Below are positions 49,854 to 62,360 of a stretch of DNA of 64,000 nt, piece after piece. The notes beneath the pieces are model-generated. The model searched no databases, was not told the origin of the DNA, and saw only the letters and a program-made list of their open reading frames with translations. Both the position numbers and the translations under genes were made by a program. Every line of letters starts with the position of its first letter. Position 1 is the stretch's first letter. This stretch comes from Leucoraja ocellata (Eukaryota), in NCBI GenBank assembly GCA_036785375.1, contig JAWMAR010000043.1, positions 2,542,001 to 2,606,000 of the forward strand, given 5' to 3'.

Positions 49854-51636
49854 ACAGATATCATGCCAAAACAAGGTGTGCATCACTGGAGATTGTATGT
49901 TTTCTGGAGTCATTAATTTTGGAAGGTTTTTGTGTCCTCCAGAACAGATGTGAAGGTCATTCATTGCAGGCCATATATTGCCCTGGGGTGCTTGTGCTAA
50001 CATTAATCTGATAGCAAACGCTTATTGTTCCACTGCATGTGGAATTTGCTTCCATATTGCAAAGGAAAGGAATTTTAGAAGCAGAATGCATTGTACACTG
50101 ATTCCCATATGTAGCTGTAAAGGGGACAATAATAGTGGCTTGAATATTTGCCCTAATTGGCACAAACCATGGGACTTTTTTTCTAATTATTGGCAGGAAA
50201 ATAATTTATGGTTATTCTATTAATTAATGCATAAATTCAGTCTAGTTCTTTGGATCTGGATTCCTGACAACTTTAAATGAGAATTTGATGCAGACACTAA
50301 TAAATGCTCCCCCAAAGTAAACAAGATAAAACATTGGTGCAGCCCATGCAATTGGCACATCAGTGGTGATTCACAGAAGCAATTCATACATTTTTTTTTC
50401 CAACCAATTAACCAGATAATAATAGTGTGTGGCCAAAACCTTCCAAAATAGTCTGTTTCCTGCCAGCAACACTCTGTTCTTATCTGAAGGATGAGAATCA
50501 TAGTTTGGATCAAAAGAAGAACATTGTTAGATTCAAAGGCTATCCGCTCTTATAATTGCTGAAAAGTTTCAAATAATATTAGATATCAGGGAGAAGAAAG
50601 AGCATTTCTTGACCACTGGTCACTGGTCTTCAAGAGACCAATGTCCAATGTCTCTCCTCCCCCGCCTCCCCTCTTTGCCATAGAAGGTTGAAGAGGCTGA
50701 TATCAGTGAATATTTATAAGGCAGACATAGATAGATTTTTGACTAGTACAGGTGCCAGAGGAGAAGGCAGGAGCATGGGATTAGGAAGGAGAGATAGATC
50801 AGCCATAATTGAATGGCAGAGTAGACTTGAAGAGCCAAATGGCCTAATTCTACTCCTATCATTTATGACCTTATAATAGTTCCAATTAATGGTCAAAAAT
50901 GGTTCCAATTAATGGATCAAATAATATAGCAACCCCACGTCATTTGTTGAGACCACACTTGCAGTATTGTGCAAAGTTTATTTACACACACTTCATGATG
51001 GAATTTAAATGTAAAAATATGAATTATTCTCTCAGCATCATCATAACTTCTGCAACTTAACTGCAATGTAGTGAAAAGCCAAGTTTTTAATGTTCCCATG
51101 TAGTCTAATGAACGTATGAAATTTCTAGATTTTGTAATGTTCATGTAGTGCAAAAGCACTTTGAATTTAAGAAAGGGGAACAAGAGTGGTATTTTTGGAT
51201 TCTTTAATATATTTCACTGTCCTGTAACTTAACTGTGTCCTGCGTTTTTTTAAAATAATTTTGGTGACTATAAATATATCAGTCCTAAATTTAATATTAA
51301 CAATTAATTTAGTACCAACTGCTAAAGACACAAGTTCCCTTTTCTTTTATTATCTTCTGCAAAAAATATATTCCGAGATTGTTAAGTGATATAAAATAAA
51401 AGTCAAAGTAAAAAGTTCAATTAGCAAACTGGTGAGCATTTATGATATCTATGGGTTACAGTCATTGGAGCAAGCTGTCTATTAAGAGCTAGGGTGATAA
51501 TTTCTTCATGAAAGGGTGTGAATCTTCAGAAAACTCCACTAAAAGAATCTATTGTTCATTGAGTACATAGAAGATGAGGATTGGGGTATTGAATCAATAT
51601 CAGGAATCCTTTGGGAAATGTAGCTGATAATAAAGT

Positions 51637-52572
51637 TGGCCCTAAACTTTCTTGGATTTAATGAAAAGAAGACAGAGGTGATTTTATTTGATCCCAATGG
51701 CTGCCGTGAACCTCCATTTGTTGATTTAGGTCCATTGTCAAGGTACGTGAAGCCAACAGTTGTGAACCTGGGTTTTAGGATGGACAGTGACTTTAAATTA
51801 GATCGCCAAATATGCGCGGTGGTTAAGTCCAGCTTCTTTCACCTAAGGAAGCTGGCGAAGGTGAAGCCCATTCTCGAGCGGCAGCATTTTGAGACAGTAA
51901 TCCATGCCTTTATTACATCTAGGCTGGATTACTGTAACGCGCTCTATTTTGGTATTGCTCATTCTTCACTGGCTCGTCTCCAGTTGGTTCAGAATGCTGC
52001 TGCTCGCCTTTTAACAGGGACTCGAAAGAGGGAGCACATATCGCCAATTCTGGCCTCCCTACACTGGCTCCCGGTGCACTTTCGAGTTCATTTTAAGATA
52101 CTGTTATTTGTTTTTAAATCTCTGAATGGGCTCGCCCCGCCTTACCTCTCTGAGCTGCTCCACCCATACGCTCCTGCCCGGTCCCTCAGGTCAGCTGGTC
52201 AGCTGCTCCTGGAGGTACCGAGGTCTAGTCGGAGGCTCAGAGGGGATAGAGCCTTCTCTGTTGCTGCTCCGGCACTCTGGAACACCCTGCCGTTGTACAT
52301 CAGACAGGCCCCCTCACTGTCCATCTTCAAATCCAGTGTTAAAACACATTTGTACTCCCTGGCTTTTGACCATGCCTGAGGCTTTGCTTCTGTTTGTGGT
52401 GTTTTTGATGTTTCTTTATTTTACATGTCTTTTCCTACTATTTCTTTTGATTGTTATTTTTGGTGTTTATTAACTTTTTTGTCAATGATTAGTGATGTAC
52501 AGCACTTTGTTGCAGCTATGTTTGTTTTTAAAGTGCTCTATAAATAAAATTATTATTATTATTATTTATTAT
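51637..52572 (+). mobile_element. L2-clade LINE 3' fragment (second family), uninterrupted 247-codon frame
   Basis: HAFITSRLDYCNAL...QNAAARLL...LHWLPV...DRAFSVAAPALWNTLP; 3' stem AGCACTTT...AAAGTGCT, AATAAA and (TTA)n tail. Confidence 0.95.
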
Positions 52573-53303
52573 AATCTTCCGCTATGATCTTTTTGAATGA
52601 TGGGGCAAACTCATCAAGTCTTGATCTTATTCTTAAATATGAAAAAAACACTTAGGGGTTCTTTTACATCAGGGCAGAACATCAATGGCAGGATAGGTTT
52701 TGCATTCCACACCTCTCGTAAATCAATAATTGTAAACCAGGTACTGTTAACTGTATGACTCTCAATGCCGATATTTAATCCTAGAATCAAAAGAGTACAT
52801 TGGCACTTTAAGGGGAAAACCCCCCAATATATCCTGCTGGGTTTGTTGCTTTAGTAATTGGAGAATATGAGGAAACATGGAAGAAGTGGTCTCTATGGAA
52901 TGCAGAATGCGATGAGGATGGGAAGATGTGACTGATGGCAGGAATGTAAAAGGTTACAGAATTTGAACTCTGCCCAGTCCCTCACGGGCGCAGCTACATG
53001 ATGCGCTACCACTAGAAGATGGCATCTATCGTCACTGATCTTACATACAGCCTTATTTACCAGCTGTTTGTAGGTTAGTGGTTGATAGAAAAATATTCAC
53101 CATGCTGATGAAAAAAAATAGTGTACTCTGTAAAAGTCATTAATAACAGAAGCTTTAATTCATTTTATTTCTCAAAGACACGGGTTGTAATTTAACATAT
53201 TCTCCCAGTGGTATTGAATGTAAATGGTAAATTATAAAATCCAAAGTTAAAAGAATGAACTGCCTCAAAAGCTGGCAACAACTTATCATGGGTGAATGAA
53301 GGA

Positions 53304-54086
53304 ATAGAAACATAGAAACATAGAAATTAGGTGCAGGAGTAGGCCATTCGGCCCTTCGAGCCTGCACCGCCATTCAATATGATCATGGCTGATCATCCAA
53401 CTCAGTATCCCGTACCTGCCTTCTCTCCATACCCCCTGATCCCCTTAGCCACAAGGGCCACATCTAACTCCCTCTTAAATATAGCCAATGAACTGGCCTC
53501 AACTACCCTCTGTGGCAGAGAGTTCCAGAGATTCACCACTCTCTGCGTGAAAAAAGTTATTCTCATCTCGGTTTTAAAGGATTTCCCCTTTATCCTTAAG
53601 CTGTGACCCCTTGTCTTGGACTTCCCTAACATCGGGAACAATCTTCCTGCATCTAGCCTGTCCAACCCCTTAAGAATTTTGTAAGTTTCTATAAGATCCC
53701 CTCTCAATCTTCTAAATTCTAGAGAGTATAAACCAAGTCTATCCAGTCTTTCTTCATAAGACAGTCCTGACATCCCAGGAATCAGTCTGGTGAACCGTCT
53801 CTGCACTCCCTCTATGGCAATAATGTCCTTCCTCAGATTTGGAGACCAAAACTGTACGCAATACTCCAGGTGTGGTCTCACCAAGACCCTGTACAACTGC
53901 AGTAGAACCTCTCTGCTCCTATACTCAAATCCTTTTGCAATGAAAGCTAACATACCATTCGCTTTCTTTACTGCCTGCTGCACCTGCATGCCTACCTTCA
54001 ATGACTGGTGTACCATGACACCCAGGTCTCGCTGCATCTCCCCCTTTCCCAATCGGCCACCATTTAGATAATAGTCTGCTTTCCTG
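53304..54086 (-). mobile_element. Young CR1/HER1 LINE, 3' ~780 bp, open frame
   Basis: ORF 53402-54052 (216 aa): RDLGV...LYRVLVRPHLEYCVQFWSP...RRLRGDLIETYKI...WNSLP; (TTTCTATG)n tail. Confidence 0.95.
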
Positions 54087-54839
54087 AATTAAAGGTGATA
54101 AAAGGACTACACTGTCAGTGGTCCCATCATTTGGATGTGACGATACACTATTTTCTTAAACAAACGTAAAAAAAATAATTACTGTACTATTTTGAAAAAG
54201 TCGGGATTTTTTCTCCTCGCTAGTGGAAAAAAGCACAGATGGAGTATCTAATGCAAATGATCTTGAAATACGATTTGTGCCACTTAAATTTATGCCACAT
54301 GCCATATATGCCACATAAGAGTTAAGAAATAAGGCATCTGAACTCTAAAATAGTAAAAGTGCAAATATATTATTTCTACATATTTAACTTTTTCAATACG
54401 TGATATAGAGGGAAAGGCCCTTTTTTAAACCTGGTTATTAGTTTCAATAGGTTTAAGTTAGTAATTTATTTTTTGTAGCTTTGCTTTTTGTTAAATCTTT
54501 TGTACTGCACATCAGATAATTCCTTTTGTACATTAAACTTAATTACTGTGCAAATGCCAATAAGTATTTTGTTTAGCTTCAGCCTAGGATTAAGCTGGGA
54601 AGAAATAGATTTGATATTGATTTGCATTCCTGCACTTTAGACAAGGTGTTGTTGACTTAGTTTCCAAACAAAACCTGGGAACTCTAAACAAGTAACATAC
54701 ATCTGGGGTAGAAAGATTACAGGAGAGGGTTCTGAGTGATTAAGATATGCATGCATTTGGCAAAAAATAGTTGATTAGGGATAGTCAGCGTAGTTGTGTC
54801 TATATGGGGGATCATGTCTCACAAATTTGTGTTTTTTGA

Positions 54840-55322
54840 AGTAGAAAATAAGAATAGATGGATAGGCCAGAGGAATACCTCACCAAGGAGCAGTGGCGGA
54901 CTGGGTCTAAAAATATTCGTTGCCAGGAGACAATGGGGGCCCACTTCATCAGGGGCCCACTTGATATAGGGGGCCCACTTCATCAGGGGCCCACCTGCCA
55001 TCAAGCTGACACCCTGGCCAGTCCGCCACTGCCAAGGAGCTGATGCAGGGGACAGGATTCAGATATTTAGATTGTTTCAGTCTCTTCTGCACCAAATGTG
55101 ACCTGTACAAGAGTGACAGGCTGCACCCGACTGGTACAGGGGGGCGTGGGGGGGGGGGGGGGGGCAGTATTTTGGGAGGGAGATGAACTCAATATGGATT
55201 GGCTCAGAAGACTGAAATCATAACCATAGCAGAAACACTGCTAGGAAAGGGCAAGACAAGCAGCTCAATGTTCCAGTGAATAGATGCTACAAGCATGACA
55301 AAGATGTAGGTAAGAGAAAAAG
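54840..55322 (+). mobile_element. Ancient CR1 ORF1 (esterase) end and ORF2 APE start
   Basis: CRGQDSDI.../CDLYKSDRLHP, a decayed form of the SGNH-esterase DLY..DGLH motif, then IIT IAET (ATCATAACCATAGCAGAAAC). Confidence 0.6.
54891..55031. mobile_element. hAT-type MITE (141 bp), 8-bp TSD
   Basis: Perfect 14-bp TIR CAGTGGCGGACTGG; CCAAGGAG at 54883-54890 and 55032-55039. Confidence 0.93.
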
Positions 55323-56356
55323 TAGGTATGTTGCAAAACCTACCTTAAGCGTCGCTGCAGATCTGTCCAAGCCCGTGTGTGCGATTTTGGCTCCGTTGAG
55401 AGGGGGGCGGGTTTAAAACGCGTATTGCCTAGGCTGTTCAAATCGAGTTTGTTCAGCCTACTTAGTTGCTGACGAAAAATCACTTGTTCGCTGGAGCTAT
55501 TTTTACATTTAACGGTTTTATTTAATTATTATAGTAGGTTAAAAATTATCCTCCAAACCCGCAACTGCTGACCACGGGCCGGATTTCATACAGGGGACAA
55601 CGGAAGGTAGGTTGGTTATTTTTACCTTAAAAAGCGCTTCTTAAGATCCCTTTATACAAAGTTTTATGTTGCGAGTAGCTAATTTGGGGCCCCATTAAAT
55701 CCCGCAGTATTTTTCTGGGCATTTGGGGGTACAAATCTATCGCAATGGGAACGTTCTAAACCAGCGCGTTCCACAGGATCCCACTCGAAAGCTGATTTAA
55801 ATGGCCATTAATTTACAGCAATTGAACACTAAATTCCTTCCATTTGGCCTATAAATTAATGTAAATGAGATTTAAAAATCATGTTTTATTGTGAATTCTT
55901 TGTGAATGTTATTTGGACACTTAGGCTATTTAAAAATGTTAATCTTTTCTTAAGAAATGGATAAATGTTTAGATCTAGTAATTGAAGTTTGGAATTAGCT
56001 ACAATTGGGTAACTAACTAATTATATGCTTTAATTTCAGGTCATCCAAGTAAGATTGTTTAATATTTGTTTCAGAATGCTTCAATCTATGATAACTGAAA
56101 ATGTTATTCCGTTCTCTTAATTTTTAAGAAAGCTATGGGCTTTTGACTGTCCACGATCACAGATTTTTTGTTATGTCCATAGAAAATCAATAGGGAACAA
56201 GATGCTAATTTCCGTGTATGAAAATGGCCATAACCTTTTTAATACTTGACATATGAAAGTGAATTAGGTGTTAAATTAAACTTCTTTTTATGCTTTATCT
56301 GATGGGATAAATTGCAGACTTGATTTTTAAAATCTCAAAATTTTGTAACATTGCTA
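55323..56356 (-). mobile_element. 7-bp TSD family DNA transposon, copy 2 (more diverged; no TSD retained)
   Basis: TAGGTATGTTGCAAAA ... TTTTGTAACATTGCTA; a reverse-complement homolog of 22608-23648. Confidence 0.9.
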
Positions 56357-56528
56357 CAGTGTGTGTGTTTGACAGGGAGATAAGTGACATTGTTAGCCAC
56401 GGATGCGGAAGACTGGATGGTGGCTACAATTATATCTTTTATTTGGGAAAGGCTGAGAGAAAAACCCCTGAGAATTTGTAGATTCAAAAGGTTAACGCCA
56501 GGAGGGGATTCTGAGGGGTAGGATATAC

Positions 56529-57793
56529 CAGGCACGTGCCGTGAGTAATTAATCAAGATAGGCAATCAGTCGGCTTTAAAAATAAATCTTAAACCGCACA
56601 TGCGCAGATTGTTCTCTCCGTAAAAAAATAAAAAATAAATAACAATCCAATTTGCCCAAGGCTTCTAAATCTCCTTTTTTAATTACTGAATGGGTGGGGG
56701 ATGGAGGATGATGGCAGGTGGAGAGATGGTGGGACAAGTTGAATCAGTTGTCATCTTATTGAATGACAATACTAATTCAAGGGACCAATTGGAGGGAGAG
56801 TTCCTTTCACAACATGTGGAGAGTCTATGCCAGGGGTTAAAGATGCAGGGAGGGCAGGAGTGTTTAGAAGGAGGGGGTCAGAGATCATGTCAGACTCACT
56901 CATCGCTGCCGCAATGCTCCGGGCACGGACGGCAGAACTGGCCGCCACTTCCGGGGAGGGAAGCAGCTTGGGTGGCTGCGAGTGGCCGCTGTGACCCGAC
57001 AGCTGAACTGGCTACCACTTCAGCGCCTTCTGCCGGCCCGCTCACCTCTGGCAGTGCTCTCCGTCTGAACACCTTTTCAGACAGAGAGCTCTGCCTGAGG
57101 TGAGCAGTGACCGGCAGAAGGGACTGTCCAGTCCCGGCGGCCACTCGCAGCCACCCGAGCTAATTCACTCCCTGGCCACAATGCGGTGGCTCCGTTCCCG
57201 GAGCGTCGCAAGTGGGTTATTGGCCCCGATCCCCTCATTCACAACGCTCCTGCCCTCCCCACAACTTTACCCCAGGCCAGACTCCTCAAACGCTGTTAAA
57301 GGGGCTCTCCCCCCACCCCAGGAAAATACGGTATTTAAAAACATAAAGCACCAAGAAATGTACTTACCATGGTATTGTTACACAAACTCCATTCTTCTTT
57401 CTTTGTTTCCTAAGATACTCTTAAAATAATGACAATCCATATTTGGAAAACTCGCCAAGAAGCTTGCGCTGCACATGCGCAGTATGATGCTGCACATGCA
57501 CAGTATGATGCTGCACATGCGCAGAACTGCAAAGGCAGAATTTCAGCTTCCTTCAACCCTGCTTGTCATTGACGGCTTGAAGCAGCGCTGACGGAACCTG
57601 GGTTGCACAGACCTTCGTGTGTTGCAAATGCTGCGGTTGAAAGGCACGGAGAATTATGCCTACCTAAGAGATCGATCTCTTAGGTAGGCATAATTATCCC
57701 ATGCCTTTACTATTTATATTTAATAATTACCATTTCATAATTTTAGTCGGGGTAGGCAGTGCCTACCTTGCCTCCCCTGACGGCACGTGCCTG
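56529..57793. mobile_element. Non-autonomous hAT-type element (1265 bp), 8-bp TSD
   Basis: Perfect 14-bp TIR CAGGCACGTGCCGT; GGATATAC at 56521-56528 and 57794-57801. Confidence 0.93.
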
Positions 57794-58809
57794 GGATATA
57801 CATGCATTTGGAAAGAAGGGTTGATTGGGTATAGTCAACATTATTTTGTGCATGGGAGATTGTGCCTCCAAATTTGAGTTTTTGTAAGTAACCCAGAAGT
57901 TTGATGAGTGCAAGGCTGTAGATGTGACCTATATGGAGTTCAAGGAGGCCTTTGATAAGATACCACATTACAGGCTGCTCTGAAAGGTTAGGTCAAAATG
58001 GGATCCAGGGAGAGCTAGTTAATTGGATACATAATCTTCTTGATGCTAGAGAGTTATGGTGGAGGTTGTTTGTTGGACTGGAGGCAGATGCCTGAGGGGT
58101 CAATACTGGGCCCATTGTTATTTGTCATTTACATCAACGATTTGGATGACATTGTACAAGGCTTGATAAGCAATTTGCAGATGACACTAAAATAGGTTAT
58201 ATCATAGACAGTGAAATAGGTTATTAGGAGTAAGAGTGGGTGAGAGGGCCGAGGATTGGTAATGGAGTTTCATTCAGGAAGGACATAACTAGTTCTCAGA
58301 GAAGATCTTTTTCTGGGATTGTCCAGTGAGGTTATATGGGTTGATCTTAGATCTAGAAGGGAATTATCACTTGAAGGTACTGTATTATGGGTAATCTTTA
58401 GAGGAGTTGCTAGGGGGGGATTGCAGACAGCGATAAAAATAATAGTATGAGTGGGAGATTTCAACTAATATTGGCAGGGTATCCTATCGTGTAAAGAGCT
58501 TGGATGTGGAGGAAGTAGTTAAATTTATCCAAGCATACAAAAAGCTTGGATAAATCAATATTTAGAGGGTCTTACTAAAGTAGCTTACTAACACTGGTCC
58601 TCCTCTTCGCGAAGGGGAGCACTTTGAGGCCAGTGAACATAATTCTATTAGTTTTAAAATAGTTATGAAGAAGGATAAGTGGCTCTCAAGCTAAGGTCCT
58701 AAATTGGGGCATGACTGATTTTGGAGGCATTGGATGGGAACATGCAGAAATCGATCAGGAGAGTCCATTTGCAGATAAGGGATCTGCTGGCAAAGGGAAG
58801 CCGTCTTTT

Positions 58810-58974
58810 ATTAAAATAAATTGGATAGTTATATGGACGGGAAAGGAATGGAGGGTTATGGTCTGAGTGCAGGTAGATGGGACTAGGGGAGAATACGTGT
58901 TCGGCACGGACTAGAAAGGCCGTGATGGCCTGTTTCCGTGCTGTAATTGTTTTATGGTTATATGGTTATATGGT
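58810..58974 (+). mobile_element. Short CR1 3' end with (TATGGTTA)n tail
   Basis: TTGGATAGTTATATGGACGGGAAAGGAATGGAGGGTTATGG...GGCCTGTTTCCGTGCTGTA. Confidence 0.75.
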
Positions 58975-59155
58975 CTTTATAAACTGGAGATGGGGGCATA
59001 TTAAATAAATACTTCTCATCCATTTTTACTGAGGAAAAGATCATGGAAACAAAGGAATTGAAGCAAGTTGTTTGTGATGTCTTGGATCATGTAAAAATGA
59101 CCATAGAGGTATTTGCACAGAGGGTGGTGGGTATACAGAATGAGATGACATTAAG

Positions 59156-60016
59156 TAGCAATGTTACAAAATTTTGAGATTTTAAAAATCAAGTCTGCAA
59201 TTTATCCCATCAGATAAAGCATAACAATAAGTTTAATTTGACACCAAATTCACTTTCATATCTCAAGTATTAAAAAAGTTATGGCCATTTTCATACTCGG
59301 AAATTAGCATCTTGTTCCCTATTGATTTTCAATGGACATTACAAAAAAGCTGTGATCTTGGATAGTCAAAAGCCCATTTCTTAAGGAAAGATTAACATTT
59401 TTAAATAGCCTAAGTGTCCAAAGATTATTCACAAATAATTCACAATATAACATGATTTTTATATCTAATTTACATTAATTTATAGGCCAAATGGAAGGAA
59501 TTTAGTGTTCAATTGCTGTAAATAAATGCCCATTTAAATCGGCTTTCTAGTGGGTTCATGTGAACGCGCTGGTTTAGAACGTTGACATCGCGCTGGATTT
59601 GTGCCCTCAAATGCCGAGAAAAATACTGCGGGATATAAAAAGCCCAAAATGAACTACTCGCTATAGATAACTTGATATATAGGGTTATATATATGCCCCA
59701 TTTAATGTAAAAATAAGGTACATACCTTTAATTGTTTGCTTTATAAAACACTGGGGCTGCGAGAGGTTGCGGAATGACACAGTAATTTTAAACTATTATA
59801 ACTATATTGTCGAGGCCTATAAAACTAATAATACCTTTTGCGACCGGGTCTTGCAGCGATTTTTCGTTAATGATTTACTAGGCTGAACATCTGCGATTAG
59901 TACAGCCTAGTAAAAATCGCGTTTTAAACCCGCCCCCTCCAAACAGCGCCAAAATCGCGGACCTGGCTGTGGGCAGATTCCCAATGACGATTCAGGTAGG
60001 TTTTGTAACATACCTA
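59156..60016 (+). mobile_element. 7-bp TSD family DNA transposon, copy 3 (internal ~180-bp deletion)
   Basis: Same termini as copy 1; CATTAAG is duplicated at 59149-59155 and 60017-60023. Confidence 0.92.
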
Positions 60017-60124
60017 CATTAAGGCAGGTACTATAACAACATTTAACATTTTCATAGGTACATGGATAGAAAATGTTTAGAGGGATATGGCAAACGAGTG
60101 CGGTGGGAGGCGCATCAGCCGAAT

Positions 60125-60568
60125 GTACCCTGGGAGAATAAGTTCACCTTGGCTTACACAATCTCCCAGTTGCCAAACATTTTAACTCTTCTTCCTATTT
60201 CCACACTGACCTTTCTGTCGTGGGCATCCTCCACTGTCAGTGAGGTCACATGCAAATTGGAGGAAAGCACCTAATTTTGCTTGAGCGTCTTACAACCCAG
60301 CGGTATGAGTGCAAATTCAAGTAACTCCTGCATTCTCTCCCCTTCCCCCATCCTGGTCATCCCACCAGCTTCACTGGTCACATCCTTGTCTCCATTTTGC
60401 CACCACATCTTCCCCAGCCAACAATGTGGCATTGTGAGCTCCACTCTCCCTGAGGTCATCTGTTGCCAGCCCTGATTTGTTCTGGCTTTACCTTACCTTC
60501 AGTTTACTTCCCAGCTCCTCCCCACCTCTACTTTCAGTCTGAAGAAGAGTTCCGAACCCAAACGTCAC
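60125..60568 (+). mobile_element. Penelope GIY-YIG C-terminal fragment plus pLTR start with decayed hammerhead
   Basis: PVAKHFNS, KLEE and LQPSGM remnants; ends TCAGTCTGAAGAAGAGTTCCGAACCCAAACGTCAC. Confidence 0.78.
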
Positions 60569-61279
60569 AACAATATTTTTTTCCTCCATAAATAATGCAG
60601 AACACTTTCAGAAAACATTACCTTAATATCATGTTTAAAGAAAAGCCACAGACTCCCATCTTTCCCTGATATTCACAGCTTGTTTTACACATACCAAATG
60701 TGATTCATATTAATACCACGCCTGGAAAACGTTAGTGAGCTATGTCAATGCAGAACCATCTGTGTCTTGGAGTGTAATGAAACAGTTTGTTGAAGTTGAG
60801 AATGTTTTTTGCTGTACTCAATCAGCAACACTTCCAGCATAAGGATTACAATGAATACTGGAATCATGGATGTAGGAGTGGAATTTTGATGCTGTAATTC
60901 CTATAATTCATGAGGAAGAATGCCAGGGGCTCCGTGCTTTCAAAATCAGGATCAAGCCACACAAACGGTGTTACATTTCTCAGAAGATGTGCTGCTTTGG
61001 CTCCGCAGCTTGCAGAACAGCAGATGTTTCCGTTTTCTTCAGTAGTACTAATTTGCTCTCAGCCTTATGCTGGCAAGCGATCAGTTGCCTCTGGAAAGCC
61101 AAGGGCTCTGAGTTCTCGTGTATCATGATTCACTCCAAAAAGTACAGATGCAACTGATCCCAGAGACTGTTCAAATACAGCAGTCTATTAATTTGTTAAA
61201 CTACACAATCATGTTTTATCGTTGCAGTGGTTTTGATTTGTTCTGACATTTGGAATAAACATTCACGCACAGTCAATAC

Positions 61280-62020
61280 AGAATGGAAATGGACTCTTCA
61301 GTCCAACTTGTCCAGAGCAACCAAGAAGCCTCTCCAAGCTAGTTCCACTTTCCCATGCTTGTGTCAAATCCCTATTAAACGTTCCTACTCATCTTCCTGC
61401 CCAAACGTCTTTTAAATATTCTTATTGTACCTGCCCTAACTGTTTCATCAGGGAGCACATTCCATATGCCTATCACTCTCTGTGTGGAAAAAGTTGCTCC
61501 TTGGGTTCTTAATAAATATTTCCCTTCTCATCTTAAATCCCGTGACCTTGCACTACCCCGAATAAAAAATTCTGTGCATTCACTCTATTACCTTCATGAC
61601 ATTATACACCTCTATAACAATAATATCACCCCTTTGCCTCCTGCACTCCCAGGAAAATGTCCTATCCTGACCAACCTTTCCCAGAGACCAGACCATCAAA
61701 TCCTGATCTCGTAAATCTTCTCTGTACTCTTTCCAGCTTAATGGCATCATTTGTATAGCAGGGTGACCAAAATTGTACACAATACCCCAAGTGAAGCCTC
61801 ACCAAAATCATGAACAATTGTAATATGACGTCTCAACTTCTATATTATTATATTCTCTGATGAAGGCCAGCATGCCAAAGCCTTTGTCACTACTCGATTT
61901 ACCCAAGATACCATTTTCAGGGTACTGTATGTGTAGATCACTCTTCTCTACAGCATTCCCCAGGTGCCTACTGTTCTCTGTGAAGGTCTGCCCTGATTTG
62001 TTTTCCAAAAATGCAATCAA
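61280..62020 (-). mobile_element. Old CR1 3' portion
   Basis: Antisense CAGGGTGACCAAAATTGTACACAATAC (YCVQFWSP) and CACTCTCTGTGTGGAAAA (FSTQRV). Confidence 0.75.
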
Positions 62021-62360
62021 TGCATCAAATCAATCTGTTGAATATCTAGAGGCAGTGGGTCAACTCTGATTGTCATTCATCCAAACAAACACTTTAGTAA
62101 AGTGGAATTACGAAAATGATTGCTGTTTATTGGTACTTATCGCAATAGGAAACGCTATAACATAGAAACCATTTACCATTGTTTTTAATGCATGTGCAAT
62201 TTTTATGCATTAATACTTTATTCCTGTGTGGACATATTGGTGGCTTTTTTTGTAGGGTTACAACTAAAAGATTTATGTTGCATTAGCTTGATGAACACTT
62301 TCAAAGAGCTAGCATAGGAACCCCAGGCTGAACTGCCTCTCCTGAGTTTCTATTATTTTA

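Noticed and set aside
53402-54052. Functional host CDS (also the ORFs at 44001 and 51636)
   Set aside because: These are 5'-truncated LINE ORF2 ends with LINE tails; the open frames reflect youth, and nothing indicates domestication.
54130-54325. piggyBac-like right end (...GCCACATAAGAG-TTAA)
   Set aside because: No matching left TIR or TTAA partner found, so support is insufficient.
54935-54995. CRISPR-like repeat-spacer array
   Set aside because: Units are 16-18 bp with repeated rather than unique spacers, lie inside a hAT MITE, and are in eukaryotic DNA with no cas genes.
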